DNA of 60,015 nt, counting the filler, from Dugesia japonica (taxonomy: Eukaryota), in assembly GCA_001938525.1 (NCBI GenBank). It is 6 parts of 6 records of this genome, joined end to end, with 100 filler letters (N's around TTAATTAATTAA, not from the genome) between each part and the next. Parts side by side here need not be neighbours in the genome. Positions count along the whole stretch, not along the records: positions 20,939 to 31,794 come from MQRL01501996.1; positions 31,895 to 41,720 come from MQRL01628617.1; 4 more parts are not named here. One strand, given 5' to 3'. Within the stretch, counting starts at the first letter, position 1; each line of letters starts with the position of its first letter. Shown piece by piece: positions 25,560-38,541 of this stretch. The notes beneath the pieces are model-generated. The model made no database searches. It had not been told where the DNA came from and was given only the letters and a program-made list of their open reading frames with translations. Made by a program: the position numbers and the translations under genes.

Positions 25560-28500
25560 ACATTTAGTGGCACTAATTTGACCAAGATTTTAAATTAAAT
25601 CGGGGAATAGTTTGTTGTTCCGGGTTAATAATGGAGTTATTGAGAATGAATTTTAGCATGATTTAAAACTTTATTTATAAAAATTGTCACAATAAATATT
25701 GTTATAAAGAAGTCCAACTAGAGTTTCTAAAATATATTTTAAGATAATATGACATCATCGGCTTCTATATATATTGTTTTAGAAGCCAGCAGTCTTGGCG
25801 AAATCTATGAAATAATAATACGGGACTAAAACAATTAAATCAACATACCTGACATGCACACATACAATCAAACATAATTAATTTATACGAGCACTGAGAT
25901 GATTTTGTAATCATCTCACATCCCCCTCGTTTTAAATGGCTTTAGCCATACTATATTTCGAACTATCTCTTTACCTTCAAAATTTCTCAATTTAAAGCTA
26001 TTATTGTGTATTTCATTTATAATTTTATAAGGTCCTCCATATCTATTATCCTGTTTATCTCTTATGTCTATTTTTGCCAGTACATTATCACCAATTTTGA
26101 AATGTCTCTGAATTCTTTTATCTTTATTTTAATCATTAATCCTATTAGCACCAATAATAACTTCCTTTCTTTCGCATTGAACATTATTCAATCATTTAAT
26201 ATATTTTAATGAATCTTCGCAAGATGGGATTTCATGCATAAACATTTCTTTGTTTATCTTTTTGCCAAAAACAATTTCTGCTGGGCTACATTTTAAACTT
26301 TTTTGGGTTGTCACATTCAAAGCAAATTCTATATGTTGTAGTGTATCTTCTTAATTTTTATGTAATTGGTCCTTTAAACTAAAAGATAGTCAATCTCTTA
26401 TTGTACGAAATTGTCTCTCTATTTGTCAATTGGCTTGGTGATGAAAGGGACTTGAATAAATAATATCAAAATTAAATTTTTCTGACAAATTTCGTATTAA
26501 ATTTGATTCGAAACCTTTGTCTCTATCTACATGAATTGTTTTACGGGTCCCAAATTTTAAAATCAATTCATTTAAAAGTAATTTGGTGATGGTTTTTGCA
26601 TCTTGTCATGTAACAGCCTTTAAAATCGTATTTTTACTAAATTGATCAATTATAGTAAAAATGTATTTCTTTCAAGTTAATGTGACCTGAAATGGTCCGC
26701 AAAAATCAATAAAAATGCTTTGAAATATTTCATATACATTACTTTTAACCATAATTTCTTTAGTTTTGTGTTGGGTATTTCAACTCAACAAAAGATTTTA
26801 TGGTTCGTATTTGAAATTAATGGATAAATATTTGGTTCGTGATTTTATGGGTGTTGATTTTAACCCTGTGTATATTTAGATACAATACTATATAATCAAT
26901 ATTTTAATCAAAGATATAAATAGGGTTATATCGTGTATGTTGCCATATATAAATAAATAAATAAACACTTTTAAAATGCCCTTTATTTTTTATGTATAAC
27001 AAAATATTTTTCTAACAATAAACCCTTATCAGCTAATTTTAATAAACCAGAATACAGTTTCCCTGAGAGGTCAGTGTCTCTGTAAATAAAACGACAGATT
27101 CAACTAAAAATGTAGCCTGTTTATATAATAATTTTTCTCAACAGCTGCTACCTACTTAAAATACCAATTACAAAAATAAACAATTATTTTTACAGAAATG
27201 AAATACTAGTCACCTTTTTTTCTTTCAATAAAAAATCAATCAAGATTATATTTTCAGTCAATTGTTTTTAGAAAATATTGTCAATTCAAAAAAAATCAAT
27301 AATGTTGAGAAAGTTTTTTTGGTTTTTTTGCACTCAACATAAAAGTGATTGCCTTATGGTCTGTCCTTAAAATGAATTTCTTTCCATATAAGTATTGTTT
27401 AAAATATTGTACAAAGTGAAAAATTGATAACAATTCCTTCCTAGTTATGCAGTATCCAATTTCATGTTTATTCATGCTTTTCGATCCATATGCAATGATG
27501 ACTTCTTTTCCATATTCATCATGTTGTGATAAAACTGCGTCCATTGAATCAAAACTTGCATTTATATCTAAAATAAAAGTTTTCTGAAAATTTGTATGTC
27601 TTAATATTGGTGTTTTTGTGAGACTTTCTGTTAGACTTTTAAATGCTTCTTCACATTTTTCAGTCCAAACTAATTTTACCTCTTTATTCCCAATTGATTC
27701 TTCCAATGGTCTGCCAATTTTCGAATAATCTTTTATGAATTTGCTATAATAATTTGTTAGACCTAAAAAGCTACAAAGATGTTTAATGCATCGAGGTTTT
27801 CCAAAATTGTTTATTGCTTCTATCTTTGAATTATCAGTTTTAATCCCTTCCTTATTTATAATATGACCTAAGAACTTTAATTCTGATACTAAAAAACGGC
27901 ATTTATCTGGATTTATTTTAAGCCCCCATTTCTTAATTCGTAAAAATATTTTTTCAATCCTTTCTTTATGTTCATTTAAATTTTTTGAAAATACTAATAT
28001 ATCAAACCAGAGCTTCTTTCCACATCATGTCTCTAATAATAATTGACATCAATTTTTGGAATGTCGATGGAGCAGCAGCAATACCAAATGGCATTCGGTT
28101 AAAACAATATTGTCCCATTTTAGTCGAAAATGCCATCTTGAGCTAAATATTTTCTTCCAACTACAACTGATAGTATGCATTTCCAAAGTCTATGAATTAA
28201 AAATATTTTGCCCTATATAACGAATCAAGCATCTCTTCAATATTTGGAATTGGAAAAGCAGGTTTTTTATTTATTTAATAATCTGAAATCTAAGCACATT
28301 CTTATTTCATTTGATTCTTTTTTTAACGCATACAATCCGAGAGGTCCATGGGTATTCACACTTTTTTATAATACCATTTTCTTCGAAATTATTTATAATT
28401 TCTACTATTGTTTTTCATAGTGCATCGGCTGCCTTCTAGCTTTCATTAATATCGGTTTGCAATCGGTTTCGATTTTATGTTTTAAAATATCTGTTTTACC

Positions 28501-30060
28501 AATATTTCATTTATTGCTCATAAAATTTCAATATATCTCAGAATGATATCATGAATACTATTATCATCATTTAATTTTAATTTTTAATAATAATATTTAG
28601 GGCACTTCCATTAGCGCATAATACTTGCTTGTTATTAACATTTTTGTTATTAAATTTAATATTTTTAATTTCCTTAGCTATAGTTTTACTCATTACGCTT
28701 ATTTTCGCCCCAGTATCAAATAAAGCATTAAAATAACTTCCATTTAGTTTAAAATTATTAAAAGGTCTACCATCAATGTTACAATAATTAACAACATTCA
28801 AAAATTCAAGCATACAGATATCAGTCAATCTATTTTCATCATTCATATTTTTAAATATAGATTCAATCATTGAATCATTTTCAATCACACCAATACTATT
28901 ATTAAAATTATTCAAACAATCATCATCATACTCAAAAAAACTAGTCCTCATATCATTAATATCATATCTTACACATAATTTATGACTCCTATCCTTTCCC
29001 CGTTGACTGGAGCCTTGGCATTTCCCTAATCATCATTGTTAGCATCTATCTCGTTTGTCTCGTCATCATATAGAGCAGCAACTTGATTTCTTATATTGGT
29101 AAGATAGTATCTGTCATCTCCATGGTATTTGTCATTGCTGTAATCTTTGACTTGGTTTCTAATATTCTTTCTTTTTTTGGTGTCTCCTTGATGGTAACAT
29201 TTATAACTCAGATGTTTTCTTCGATTACAGACAGAACATCGTATATGTGGACAATCACGGCGTAAGTATCCAAATTCATGGTATCCATAACATTGACTGG
29301 ATTCTTCATTTTTATTAAATTGAAAATATTTTCTTTCTTCTCTACTTTCTGGATACATTTGTGTTGTTTGTTGACGCATTGGATGTTGAATTGAATTCAT
29401 TGGTTTCTTTAATGAATATTTCCTTGATTGTTGGATTTCTGGAATTTGTCTTTGATTATTGCTATTTCCAGAGTTGGTTACAATTTGCATTTTGTTGACA
29501 TTTTTAAACTCCAGCATATGATTGTTTATCTATCACATTGATTTGTGCCACTGGTTTATTTTTATCGATACGATGCAAAATATTTTATATATTTGCATGG
29601 AGTTGGACCTTTCTGTACGTTTTTAGTTACAATCTGTTCATCTTCTTTAAATATTTTCCCTCTTAATAAATCTTCAGTCATCTTTGAATTTCATCCTTCT
29701 GTGTTTCATTGTCAAGACAATGCTTCAGGAAAAATGCGATCAATTTAGTACTGGTTAATTTATGTCGCATAACATTTTCAATGTATTTTTCAATTTTTGA
29801 AATGTATACATCCACCGAATCGTTTCTTCTTTTGTAATTTAGGAATTTGATTAGATCGTCAGCTAAATCTAGGCTTTTTAAAAATGCATTTTGCATTCTT
29901 TTTTCATAATCTTCTTCTGTAGTTTCATCAAATTTTATTCTTGACTCTTCGTCTAAATATGCTCTGTTAACAATATTTCGTTGGTTGTTGTCGAGCTGGA
30001 TCATTGAAAAATATTACTCCATGTTCTTCAAATATTCTTCAACATCATATTCTTTGCTGA
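25560..30060 (-). mobile_element. Degenerate Ty3/Gypsy LTR retrotransposon (gag-PR-RT-RH-IN, PPT and 3' LTR)
   Basis: gag with knuckles (29026-30004); protease ALFDTGAKISV; RT RMPFGIAAAPSTFQ with the YxDD partly deleted; RNase H (27296-27706); integrase FIDFCGPF/IIDQFSK/SSPFHHQAN. PPT AAAACGAGGGGGA is followed by TG at 25920. The distal LTR end is uncertain, and there is an unrelated insertion at ~26780-27295. Confidence 0.92.
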
Positions 30061-30134
30061 GGAAGAATTAATTGATTTATTTAAACCAATATAAATAGTA
30101 TTATAAAAAATGCAATAAATTATATATTTATAAA

Positions 30135-30196
30135 ATGCAGTTGATCAATGATGCCGTTTATCAAATTGTTGGTTCAAGCGGAAGCGGTCAACATTA
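30135..30196 (+). pseudogene. 5' stub of a Polinton packaging ATPase
   Basis: MQLINDAVYQIVGSSGSGQ matches MERLRNDAIYQIVGPSGSGK at 52523. Confidence 0.75.
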
Positions 30197-30998
30197 TCTA
30201 TTGTGGCTTAAAAATCAACATTCTAGATGAAAATCGATATTTTATGTGAAAAATAATCACAATGTAGTTGAAAATGTATATGTTGTATGTAAAAAAATGT
30301 ATTATATGAAAATATTTATTTGATTGAATTTAAATTGAAAAATAATTTATTAATCTTTGTTAAATCATAAAAATATAAAGCAGTTAATTGACCTTTGTTA
30401 TAATCAAAAACATGCCTTTGTTATTTTCATGACTAATATTTTTGTAAATGCAACAATATACTACATTGCAGTACTTTAAAATTATTTTATTAACAAATTT
30501 TTTTCATACCACAACTAAATATAATACGTTGTGATATTTTAAGATTTCATCTAAATCTTATTGGTTTGCGACTAAAATTTTGCAATGTGTTTTACTGCAT
30601 TAATTTTGCCACAATTTTCAAAACTAATTTTCAAATCAAGGTAAAATTACTGCCAAATTTTTTGTGTTTCATTTATTTTGATTCATTTTTTATTATTATT
30701 TTAATTTTAGATAAAATGAATAGTGAAAATAAAAGAATTTAACTATGCGAAAAAGATTACATGAAGAAGTAAATTTATTTATAATTTAAAAATTTATTAA
30801 TTTAAAATTATATATATTTAGGTTTTAAACATCGCAGAGGAAAAATATGGAGCAGCTGCTACAGAAAGTATTTGAAAATTAATGTAATAATGTGTTAACA
30901 ATAAATGTTTTACTAGATAATTGTTTTGTCTTATTTACTTTTTNNNNNNNNNNNNNNNNNNNNNNNNNNNNNNNNNNNNNNTAGTAAAATAATAAGTG

Positions 30999-31755
30999 TC
31001 TCTTATTATAAATAGTTTTTTAATTATGAATACAATAGGGCTTGCAATATAGATGGATTACAGCAACAAATACTTAATAATTTTGATAAATGCAATAGGG
31101 TTGCAACAGGAGCCTGGAAATTTTATTAAATATAATAGGTATACATTTTGCATGTTTACTGTATAATTAATACAAGTTAACTGTACAAATAAACTTTACA
31201 TTACACAGTAACTATGTAAATTACCCTTATACAGTTATAAAACTATTTACTTATAAGTTTGTATATAAATAATACAAGAAAGAAACAAAATTATTATTCA
31301 ACTGTATTTATTTAACAATGATAAAATTACATTGCATATGTGACTTTTAAATTGATTCATGTTGACAATAATTTTGAATTGTAAAATAAAAATTTTATTT
31401 TACGAAAACTACTGCTTTTATACTCACNNNNNNNNNNNNNNNNNNNNNNNNNNNNNNNNNNNNNNNNNNNNNNNNNNNNNNNNNNNNNNNNNNNNNNNNN
31501 NNNNNNNNNNNNNNNNNNNNNNNNNNNNNNNNNNTTATATAAATAAGACATACTTTTCAAACTAAGATCACTTTTAAAAACTTTAATAATGAATTATTCA
31601 GATATGGATGGCTTTTATTCCAAAACTACAATCATAAAACTTAACCTTTATGGTTGTTATGTAAATAATACAAGGTAACTATGTAAATAATATACTCATA
31701 GACTTATAAAATTGTATATTGTATTCATAATTAAAAAACTATTTATAATAAGAGA
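30999..31755. repeat. Perfect 39-bp inverted repeats (30999-31037 and 31717-31755)
   Basis: TCTCTTATTATAAATAGTTTTTTAATTATGAATACAATA and its exact reverse complement. Confidence 0.85.
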
Positions 31756-31794
31756 TATAGACTTATAAAGTAAATTTGAAAGGCCGAAATGTAT

Positions 31795-31894
31795 NNNNNN
31801 NNNNNNNNNNNNNNNNNNNNNNNNNNNNNNNNNNNNNNTTAATTAATTAANNNNNNNNNNNNNNNNNNNNNNNNNNNNNNNNNNNNNNNNNNNN
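31795..31894. other. Artificial scaffold linker
   Basis: N44-TTAATTAATTAA-N44. Confidence 0.97.
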
Positions 31895-32171
31895 CAATAA
31901 TGATTTTCCGGTTTTTTCTAATAAAATGTAATTTTATCTAATTATAGTAACTGATTCCAGCCAATATTCTATCCCCTTGGTAATTTCTTTTTATATTTTG
32001 TATTTCTTCCGCTTTTTCATTAATATAATTATTATAATTTTAACCGAATAAACATTATTCTTGATTAGGCTTCTTTCCAGCCCCTAATTATTATTTTGGG
32101 ATTCCAATCCCCTTCTTTCTTATTTTATGATTTGAGCACTCGGCCTTGTTTTTCTTCTCAAACTTGGTGTT

Positions 32172-33538
32172 TCATCCCAATAATTTTACTGTTATCTCTT
32201 TTGTTGCCATAGTATTAACTGTGTTCTTTTGGCACGCTTCACACTGTCTTATCCCTTCTGTGATTGTCTTCTTCAGTTCTTCCATGTTGTAGTTGCTAAT
32301 TATATAGCTGGTCATTTTCTCTGTCCCTGCATGTATTACAATGTATGTATCTCTTTGATCATTGATATTCTTTTCTCTTTTGGAATCCAAATTTTCTCAT
32401 CATTTGTTTTCACTATATTTATCTGTCTTGTTTTCATCTTCCTCCATCTTTGGATCTTCATGTTGCATTTGACATTGAGTGCACGTTCCGCATTTCATTC
32501 TTGAGAGCATATCTACGTTTGTGTGTTTTTCGCTTTGTCTTTATATTATTTCCTTGTCTTAGCTGCTAAGGTAATTCATCCATATCTGGAACTGAGTTGT
32601 TGTCGGTTTGTTCGACTTTTTCATGAATACGATGGTTTTGTGACCTGCCCTTGTTATGAATTTTTTCCATATAAATAATGTTTAGAGTGGTTGCAGAATT
32701 AGTAGATTGCTAGTAATTCCTACCGTGTGATACAGTAACCCTTCTCATGTGATGTCATTGCATGTGAATCGTAAGCAATAACTCTTTCTATTCCATCATC
32801 ATCATTTTGTGATATGACCCTTCCTATCGCGCCGAAACTGACGTCAGTATCTAAAATAAATGTTTTCTTTATATCCGGGAATCTTAGAATGGGTGCTTCT
32901 ATCAGTGCTTGTTTCATTTCTGCGAAAGTTTTCTCACATAGATCTGACCTTATTAGCTTGGCGCTGTTGCTTCCACATAATTCTTCTAGAGCTTTTGATT
33001 TCTTTGAATAACTATTGATAACCCTTCTGTAATATATTGCATATTCCGAGGAAGCTTCTCAGACTCTTTACACATTTGAGTTTCTCAAAATTCTTGATTG
33101 CTTCATTTTCATTCGATCTGTTCGAATTCCTTCTTAAACTATTATGTGACCAAGAAATTTCACTTCTTTGCGTAATAGGTGACATTTTTCTGGATTCACT
33201 CGCAACTCTGCCGTTTGGATCCGCTCTAATACTTGACGCAGAGTATATAATGTTCTTTTAGTCCTTCTGAGAATATCATTATGTCATCCATATACACTAT
33301 CGCTCCATCTAGACCATTCAATTCTTTTCTCATTAGTTCTTGGAATGTTCCTACTATGCCGAAAGGCATTCTGGTGAAGCAATATTGATCATTTTTGGTA
33401 GAAAAGGCTGTTTCCTCTTGTGACTCTTTTTTTTAACGGTATATGGTAATACGCGTTTCACAAGTCTATGGTACTGTCTAACATTTTTTCTACGTTTGTT
33501 TCTCCTCTTTTCCATTACAACAGTTTGAGATAAATTTG
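32172..33538 (-). mobile_element. Ty3/Gypsy pol remnant (RT, RNase H, integrase zinc-binding region)
   Basis: RMPFGI, VYMDDIMIF, LRSFLGICN, FILDTDVSFGAIG, HAG...CEACQKN; frameshifted. Confidence 0.9.
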
Positions 33539-33655
33539 ANNNNNNNNNNNNNNNNNNNNNNNNNNNNNNNNNNNNNNNNNNNNNNNNNNNNNNNNNNNNN
33601 NNNNNNNNNNNNNNNNNNNNNNNNNNNNNNNNNNNNNNNNNNNNNNNNNNNNNNN

Positions 33656-34545
33656 ATTTATTCTTAGTATTTATAAGGGAAAGCAACGACTTTTTATGGC
33701 ATTGTAATGTTAACTTTTTCTCTATGCTTATATTACTATGAACAATATTTACACTAATTTCTAATAAATCGTCAATAAAAACCATTAGAAATGCCTGTAA
33801 CATTTTCATTGTGGACTCTTTTGTAACCTTGAGTAATAATTTTAAACAAGGAAGACTTTGTTGAAATGCCACAATTTTTATTTAATTAAACTTACAGATT
33901 GTTTATAATCTGATCTATTTTCCTGTTGATTGAATCCTTTATATTTGGTTGTTTCTTCTTTATCTTTGTTTGCTTCTTATTAGCAATCTTTGATTGTTTC
34001 TTTGATTGCATATTTATTGACTTCTTTATTGTTCTCTTTATCGGCCATTTTATTGCTTTCTTAATTGAATTGATATAATTTGGAATAATATTATTGTCAT
34101 CATTATTAGTTTGATTGTTAGTTTGATTAATTCTTTTAGGATCAACTAAAACTTGAGTATATTTTGACATTTGTAAAATAATAAATTATCTTTATTGTTT
34201 ATATACTACAACACNTTTTAGAATGAAAATATCAGTTCGAACTGTAAGTTCACCTAGACAATTCTGTGAAAAATTTAGAAAAATATATCCATGAGGTTTT
34301 ATCTTTAAAAGCGAACTTTCATCTTCAAATGAATCTAATAAAAATTGGCGATTATTCTGGTACGCTAAAATTAATAAAATATTTAAATCAGCACTGAATT
34401 CCTACATTTGAAAAATATTATTCATTGGATACGAAAGTCTTCTAAAACTATTTTAATGTATTTTTGGTTGTTTCTTTCATCCATCTATTGATTTTTCTTA
34501 CTTTAATTTTAACTTTTTGTCTATATGAAGAATTTATTTTGAATT
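33656..34545 (-). mobile_element. Second Polinton fragment: ATPase remnant, basic protein (33892-34170), PW/pX-like small protein
   Basis: KPHGYIFLNFSQNC...VRTDIF; K-rich 92-aa ORF; DDLLEISVNIVHSNI. Same order as 52523-53825. Confidence 0.8.
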
Positions 34546-34956
34546 TTACTTCAATTAATTTTGTGTTTGTACACACAAGTTTATATTAATAAGATTTAGA
34601 TGAATNNNNNNNNNNNNNNNNNNNNNNNNNNNNNNNNNNNNNNNNNNNNNNNNNNNNNNNNNNNNNNNNNNNNNNNNNNNNNNNNNNCCCTTATACAATC
34701 AACGAATTCGAGAATTTTAATCATCAATTTACTTGAAATGTCATTAGTAATTGATATACCTATTTTGTTTGGTAGTATTAGTTAAAAATTAACTCTTCTT
34801 TAATTTCTGAAAATTCCTAATTGCAATAGTTTATAATTGTTTATAACAAATCTTTGAATTTTAAATGTGAATTTATCGATTTCAAGTATAAATATATTAA
34901 CGTTACTTGTTTAAATATTATTTAAGCATAAGTTAAAAATTTTAAATATTATTACA

Positions 34957-36507
34957 ATGAGTAAATCAATCATTACATTACAATTAGGAAATTATGCTAA
35001 TTTTATCGGAAGTCATTATTGGAATCTTCATGAATTCTCATTTAAAAATTTGAATACACATATTGATAATGATGTGAATTATTATGAAGGATTAACGTTA
35101 AACAACGAAGTTACATTCACTCCTAAAGTTTTATGTTGGGATTGGAAAGAAAATTTGGGTGCTAGAATTGTAGATGACATTTATGAAGAAATTGAAAGTC
35201 ATGGAGACACTAATTGTCAAACACGAAGAGATATAAACAGTTTAAAGGCTGATTCTTGTAATGGGAAGCTTGAAAAACACACTGGATTTACTGATGAAGA
35301 ATTAAAAGTTAATAAAACCAATAAAATAATTAATAAAGAACATACGGAATGGAATGAATATTTATATGCAAGATATCATCCAAAATCTCTAACTAAACTG
35401 CCAAAATTGTATCAAGAGTTCGACAGTGGTAATTTTCGATACTTTTTACAAGGTCAACAATTGACCGAAAGCAAGGAATATAATGAGTGTATGATTGAAC
35501 AGACGCGATATTTTGTTGAAAAATGCGATATGCTGCAAGGATTTCAGGTAATGTGTGATTCAAATGACGGTTTTAGTGGAGTTGGTATGAACTTTTTAAC
35601 TCATTTATCAGAAGAATATAGGAAGAACATTTTGTCCTTTCCAACAAGCTCTTCGACAGATGGTAACGATGACGATAATCTTTTCAATAAAATATTTTTA
35701 TATAATGAAATGAATTCTAAATCAGTATTTTGGTCACCAATTAGCTGTTTTAATGACAAAAATAAGCCCGTAGAAATTGCTAATGTCAATTATAATCAAT
35801 CTAAATACCACACTAGTGCAATTCTAGCTGTTGCACTTAAATCTTTATTATTACCTTGTTCTTTTAATAACTCGAATTATTCTTTATCAGATTACAGTGA
35901 TGTTATAGATAGGCAAAACAACAAAATGGCTTCATTAGCTTTATCTTTACCATTTCCTATTAAGCATAATGAAACCCTAGAAAAATCATTGTTAAATCTT
36001 TTACCGGAAAATTGTTATTCTGTGTTGAATCCTTATTCTGAAGAAATCGGAAAGTTTAATTCAGTTATTGGAAGCATTTTCGGTATCGATGAAACTCGTC
36101 AGAAATATGTGAATCGAACATCTAACGGTATTTACGATCATTGTTCAAATGTATGTGAAATGATGGAACAATATGTCAGTAATACTTGTTTGGCTAAAAA
36201 ATCTCGATTTTTCAGTTCAACTGATAAAATTAATTTGCAAAAACCGTTTCCTAATATATTTTCATCGATTATCGATAAATTTGCTGGCGAATTATTACCT
36301 GTTACTAATGAGAAAATATTTTGGCACTGTCCAAAGTCTATTCCTCTTTCGACGATGTTGTATTCCAGTGATAATAATGAGAGCTTGCTGAGAATTTATG
36401 AGTCAGCTAAATCATCGTTCAAAAAAAGAAAGATCTCGACTTGTTTATTACAAATGGAGGCGGATTCAATCACTGAAGCTATCGAAAATTTTCGAGATAT
36501 TATTTAA
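34957..36507 (+). CDS. MSTO1: Protein misato homolog (tubulin/FtsZ-like), single exon
   Basis: IITLQLGNYANFIGSHYWN, FTPKVLCWDWKENLG, RYFVEKCDMLQGFQVMCDSNDGFSG, YHTSAILA; intact 516-aa ORF. Confidence 0.95.
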   Translation: MSKSIITLQLGNYANFIGSHYWNLHEFSFKNLNTHIDNDVNYYEGLTLNNEVTFTPKVLCWDWKENLGARIVDDIYEEIESHGDTNCQTRRDINSLKADSCNGKLEKHTGFTDEELKVNKTNKIINKEHTEWNEYLYARYHPKSLTKLPKLYQEFDSGNFRYFLQGQQLTESKEYNECMIEQTRYFVEKCDMLQGFQVMCDSNDGFSGVGMNFLTHLSEEYRKNILSFPTSSSTDGNDDDNLFNKIFLYNEMNSKSVFWSPISCFNDKNKPVEIANVNYNQSKYHTSAILAVALKSLLLPCSFNNSNYSLSDYSDVIDRQNNKMASLALSLPFPIKHNETLEKSLLNLLPENCYSVLNPYSEEIGKFNSVIGSIFGIDETRQKYVNRTSNGIYDHCSNVCEMMEQYVSNTCLAKKSRFFSSTDKINLQKPFPNIFSSIIDKFAGELLPVTNEKIFWHCPKSIPLSTMLYSSDNNESLLRIYESAKSSFKKRKISTCLLQMEADSITEAIENFRDII

Positions 36508-37129
36508 TTTTAAAACAATTTAATATTTGTTCATGAAATTTTTTGATTTTGTTATACTTTTAAATGTAAATATTTTTGTTTTGTCTGTATTTTTCGTGTT
36601 ATANNNNNNNNNNNNNNNNNNNNNNNNNNNNNNNNNNNNNNNNNNNNNNNNNNNNNNNNNNNNNNNNNNNNNNNNNNNNNNNNNNNNNNNNNNNNNNNNN
36701 NNNNNNNNNNNNNNNNNNNNNNNNNNNNNNNNAAAGTTTAATAAGTAAAAAATTGCATTAAAATACAAATCTTAATTTATTAATACTATCTTTTTCCGAA
36801 AATAAGACACTGTCTTACTTTCCTTTTTTAGTTCAAAATACGTGCTAGGGCTTATTATTGGGGTTGTCTTATTTTTCAAGATATATTCGTGTAATATTTT
36901 TTAAAATTTATTCGAATTCAGTCATTTTGAAGATGGTCATAACTTATAAGAAAAAGGAATCTGTATACCAATTGCTTATTTAAATTAAGCAGAAATAAAA
37001 TTTTTATTAAAGTGATAATAGGGCTATAGCCCCATGGCACAAGCCTTTTGGGCGGCAATTTTTATTTGTGATATATATTTTTTTGTTATTATTAGTTTTA
37101 TAAAAATTCATTCTTCATTTAATTAGTTT

Positions 37130-37528
37130 TTACGTATTTTAAAAAAAATATAAATGAAGACATAATTAGAAAGCATGCTGCAAAGTTGTGCGAAATGTAT
37201 CAGAAAGATTTAGGAAATAACTTTATCGAAGAATGTCTACATTTTAAATATGTGAATTTATTGGAAAATATATCTACTGCAGAACTTAGTTTAAAGATAG
37301 AAATCGAGCAGAAAATTGAATCTTCATTTCCAAACGTGGTCACAGCACTGCGCATCTTTTTAACTATCGCCACTACAAACTGCAATGGTGAAAGATCATT
37401 TTCAGCAATAAAAAGAATAAAAAATTATTTACGATCTTCTTTGGGACAGAGCAGATTCAATGATTTAAGTATTTTATCCATTGAGAGAAATTTATTTGAT
37501 AACTTAAATACGAGTGATATTATTGATC
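37130..37528 (+). pseudogene. hAT transposase C-terminal dimerisation domain, copy 1
   Basis: FPNVVTALRIFLTIATTNCNGERSFSAIKRIKNYLRSSLGQSRFNDLSILSIE. Confidence 0.9.
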
Positions 37529-38059
37529 NNNNNNNNNNNNNNNNNNNNNNNNNNNNNNNNNNNNNNNNNNNNNNNNNNGAATTCTATAAAACGATCAATG
37601 GTTAAGTCCAACAATTATTCTCGTAATAATTGCAATTGTAAAAAAATATATTTATACTGTTAAAAGTTTAATAAGTAAAAAATTGCATTAAAATACAAAT
37701 CTTAATTTACTAATACTATCTTTTTCCGAAAATAAGACACTGTCTTACTTTCATTTTTTAGTCCAAAATACTTGCTAGGGCTTATTATCGGAGTTGTCTT
37801 ATTTTTCAAGATATATTCGTGTAATATTTTTTAAAATTTATTCGAATTCAGTCATTTTGAAGATCGTCATAACTTATAATACATAAGAAAAAGTATACCA
37901 ATTGCTTATTTAAATTAAGCAGAAATAGAATTTTTATTAAAGTAATAATAGGGCTATAGCCCCATGGCACAAGCCTTTTGGGCGGCAATTTTTATTTGTG
38001 ATATATATTTTTTTGTTATTATTAGTTTTATAAAAATTCATTCTTCATTTAATTAGTTT

Positions 38060-38484
38060 TTACGTATTTTNAAAAAAATATAAATGAAGACATAATTAGA
38101 AAGCATGCTGCTAAGTTGTGCGAAATGTATCAGAAAGATTTAGGAAATAACTTTATTGAAGAATGCCTACATTTTAAATATGTGAATTTATTTGAAAATA
38201 CTGAAAATATATCTACTGCAGAACTTAGTTTAAAGATAGAAATCGAGCAGAAAATTGAATCTACATTTCCAAACGTGGTCACATCACTGCGCATCTTTTT
38301 AACTATCGCCACTACAAACTGCAATGGTGAAAGATCATTTTCATCAATAAAAAGAATAAAAAATTATTTACGATCTTCTTTGGGACAGAGCAAATTCAAT
38401 GATTTAAGTATTTTATCCATTGAGAGAAATTTATTTGATAACTTAAATACGAGTGATATTATTGATCAGTTTGCCAAAGAATAA
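38060..38484 (+). pseudogene. hAT transposase C-terminal domain, copy 2 (part of a ~0.93-kb tandem duplication, 36733-37528 and 37661-38468)
   Basis: Same motifs as copy 1; differs by SNPs and a 9-bp indel. Confidence 0.9.
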
Positions 38485-38541
38485 TCTAGGAAAATAAATA
38501 TAGAAGTAATTTTTGTTTCTTGTTTGCTTTAAGGTTTGTTT

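Noticed and set aside
33354-33872. 172-aa ORF as a single gene
   Set aside because: It reads through an N gap, joining a Polinton small gene to off-frame Gypsy RT sequence.
36733-38468. Domesticated tandem ZMYM1-like host genes
   Set aside because: Only the transposase tail is present, without an ATG start. The duplication flanks a gap and may be two haplotypes assembled in tandem.
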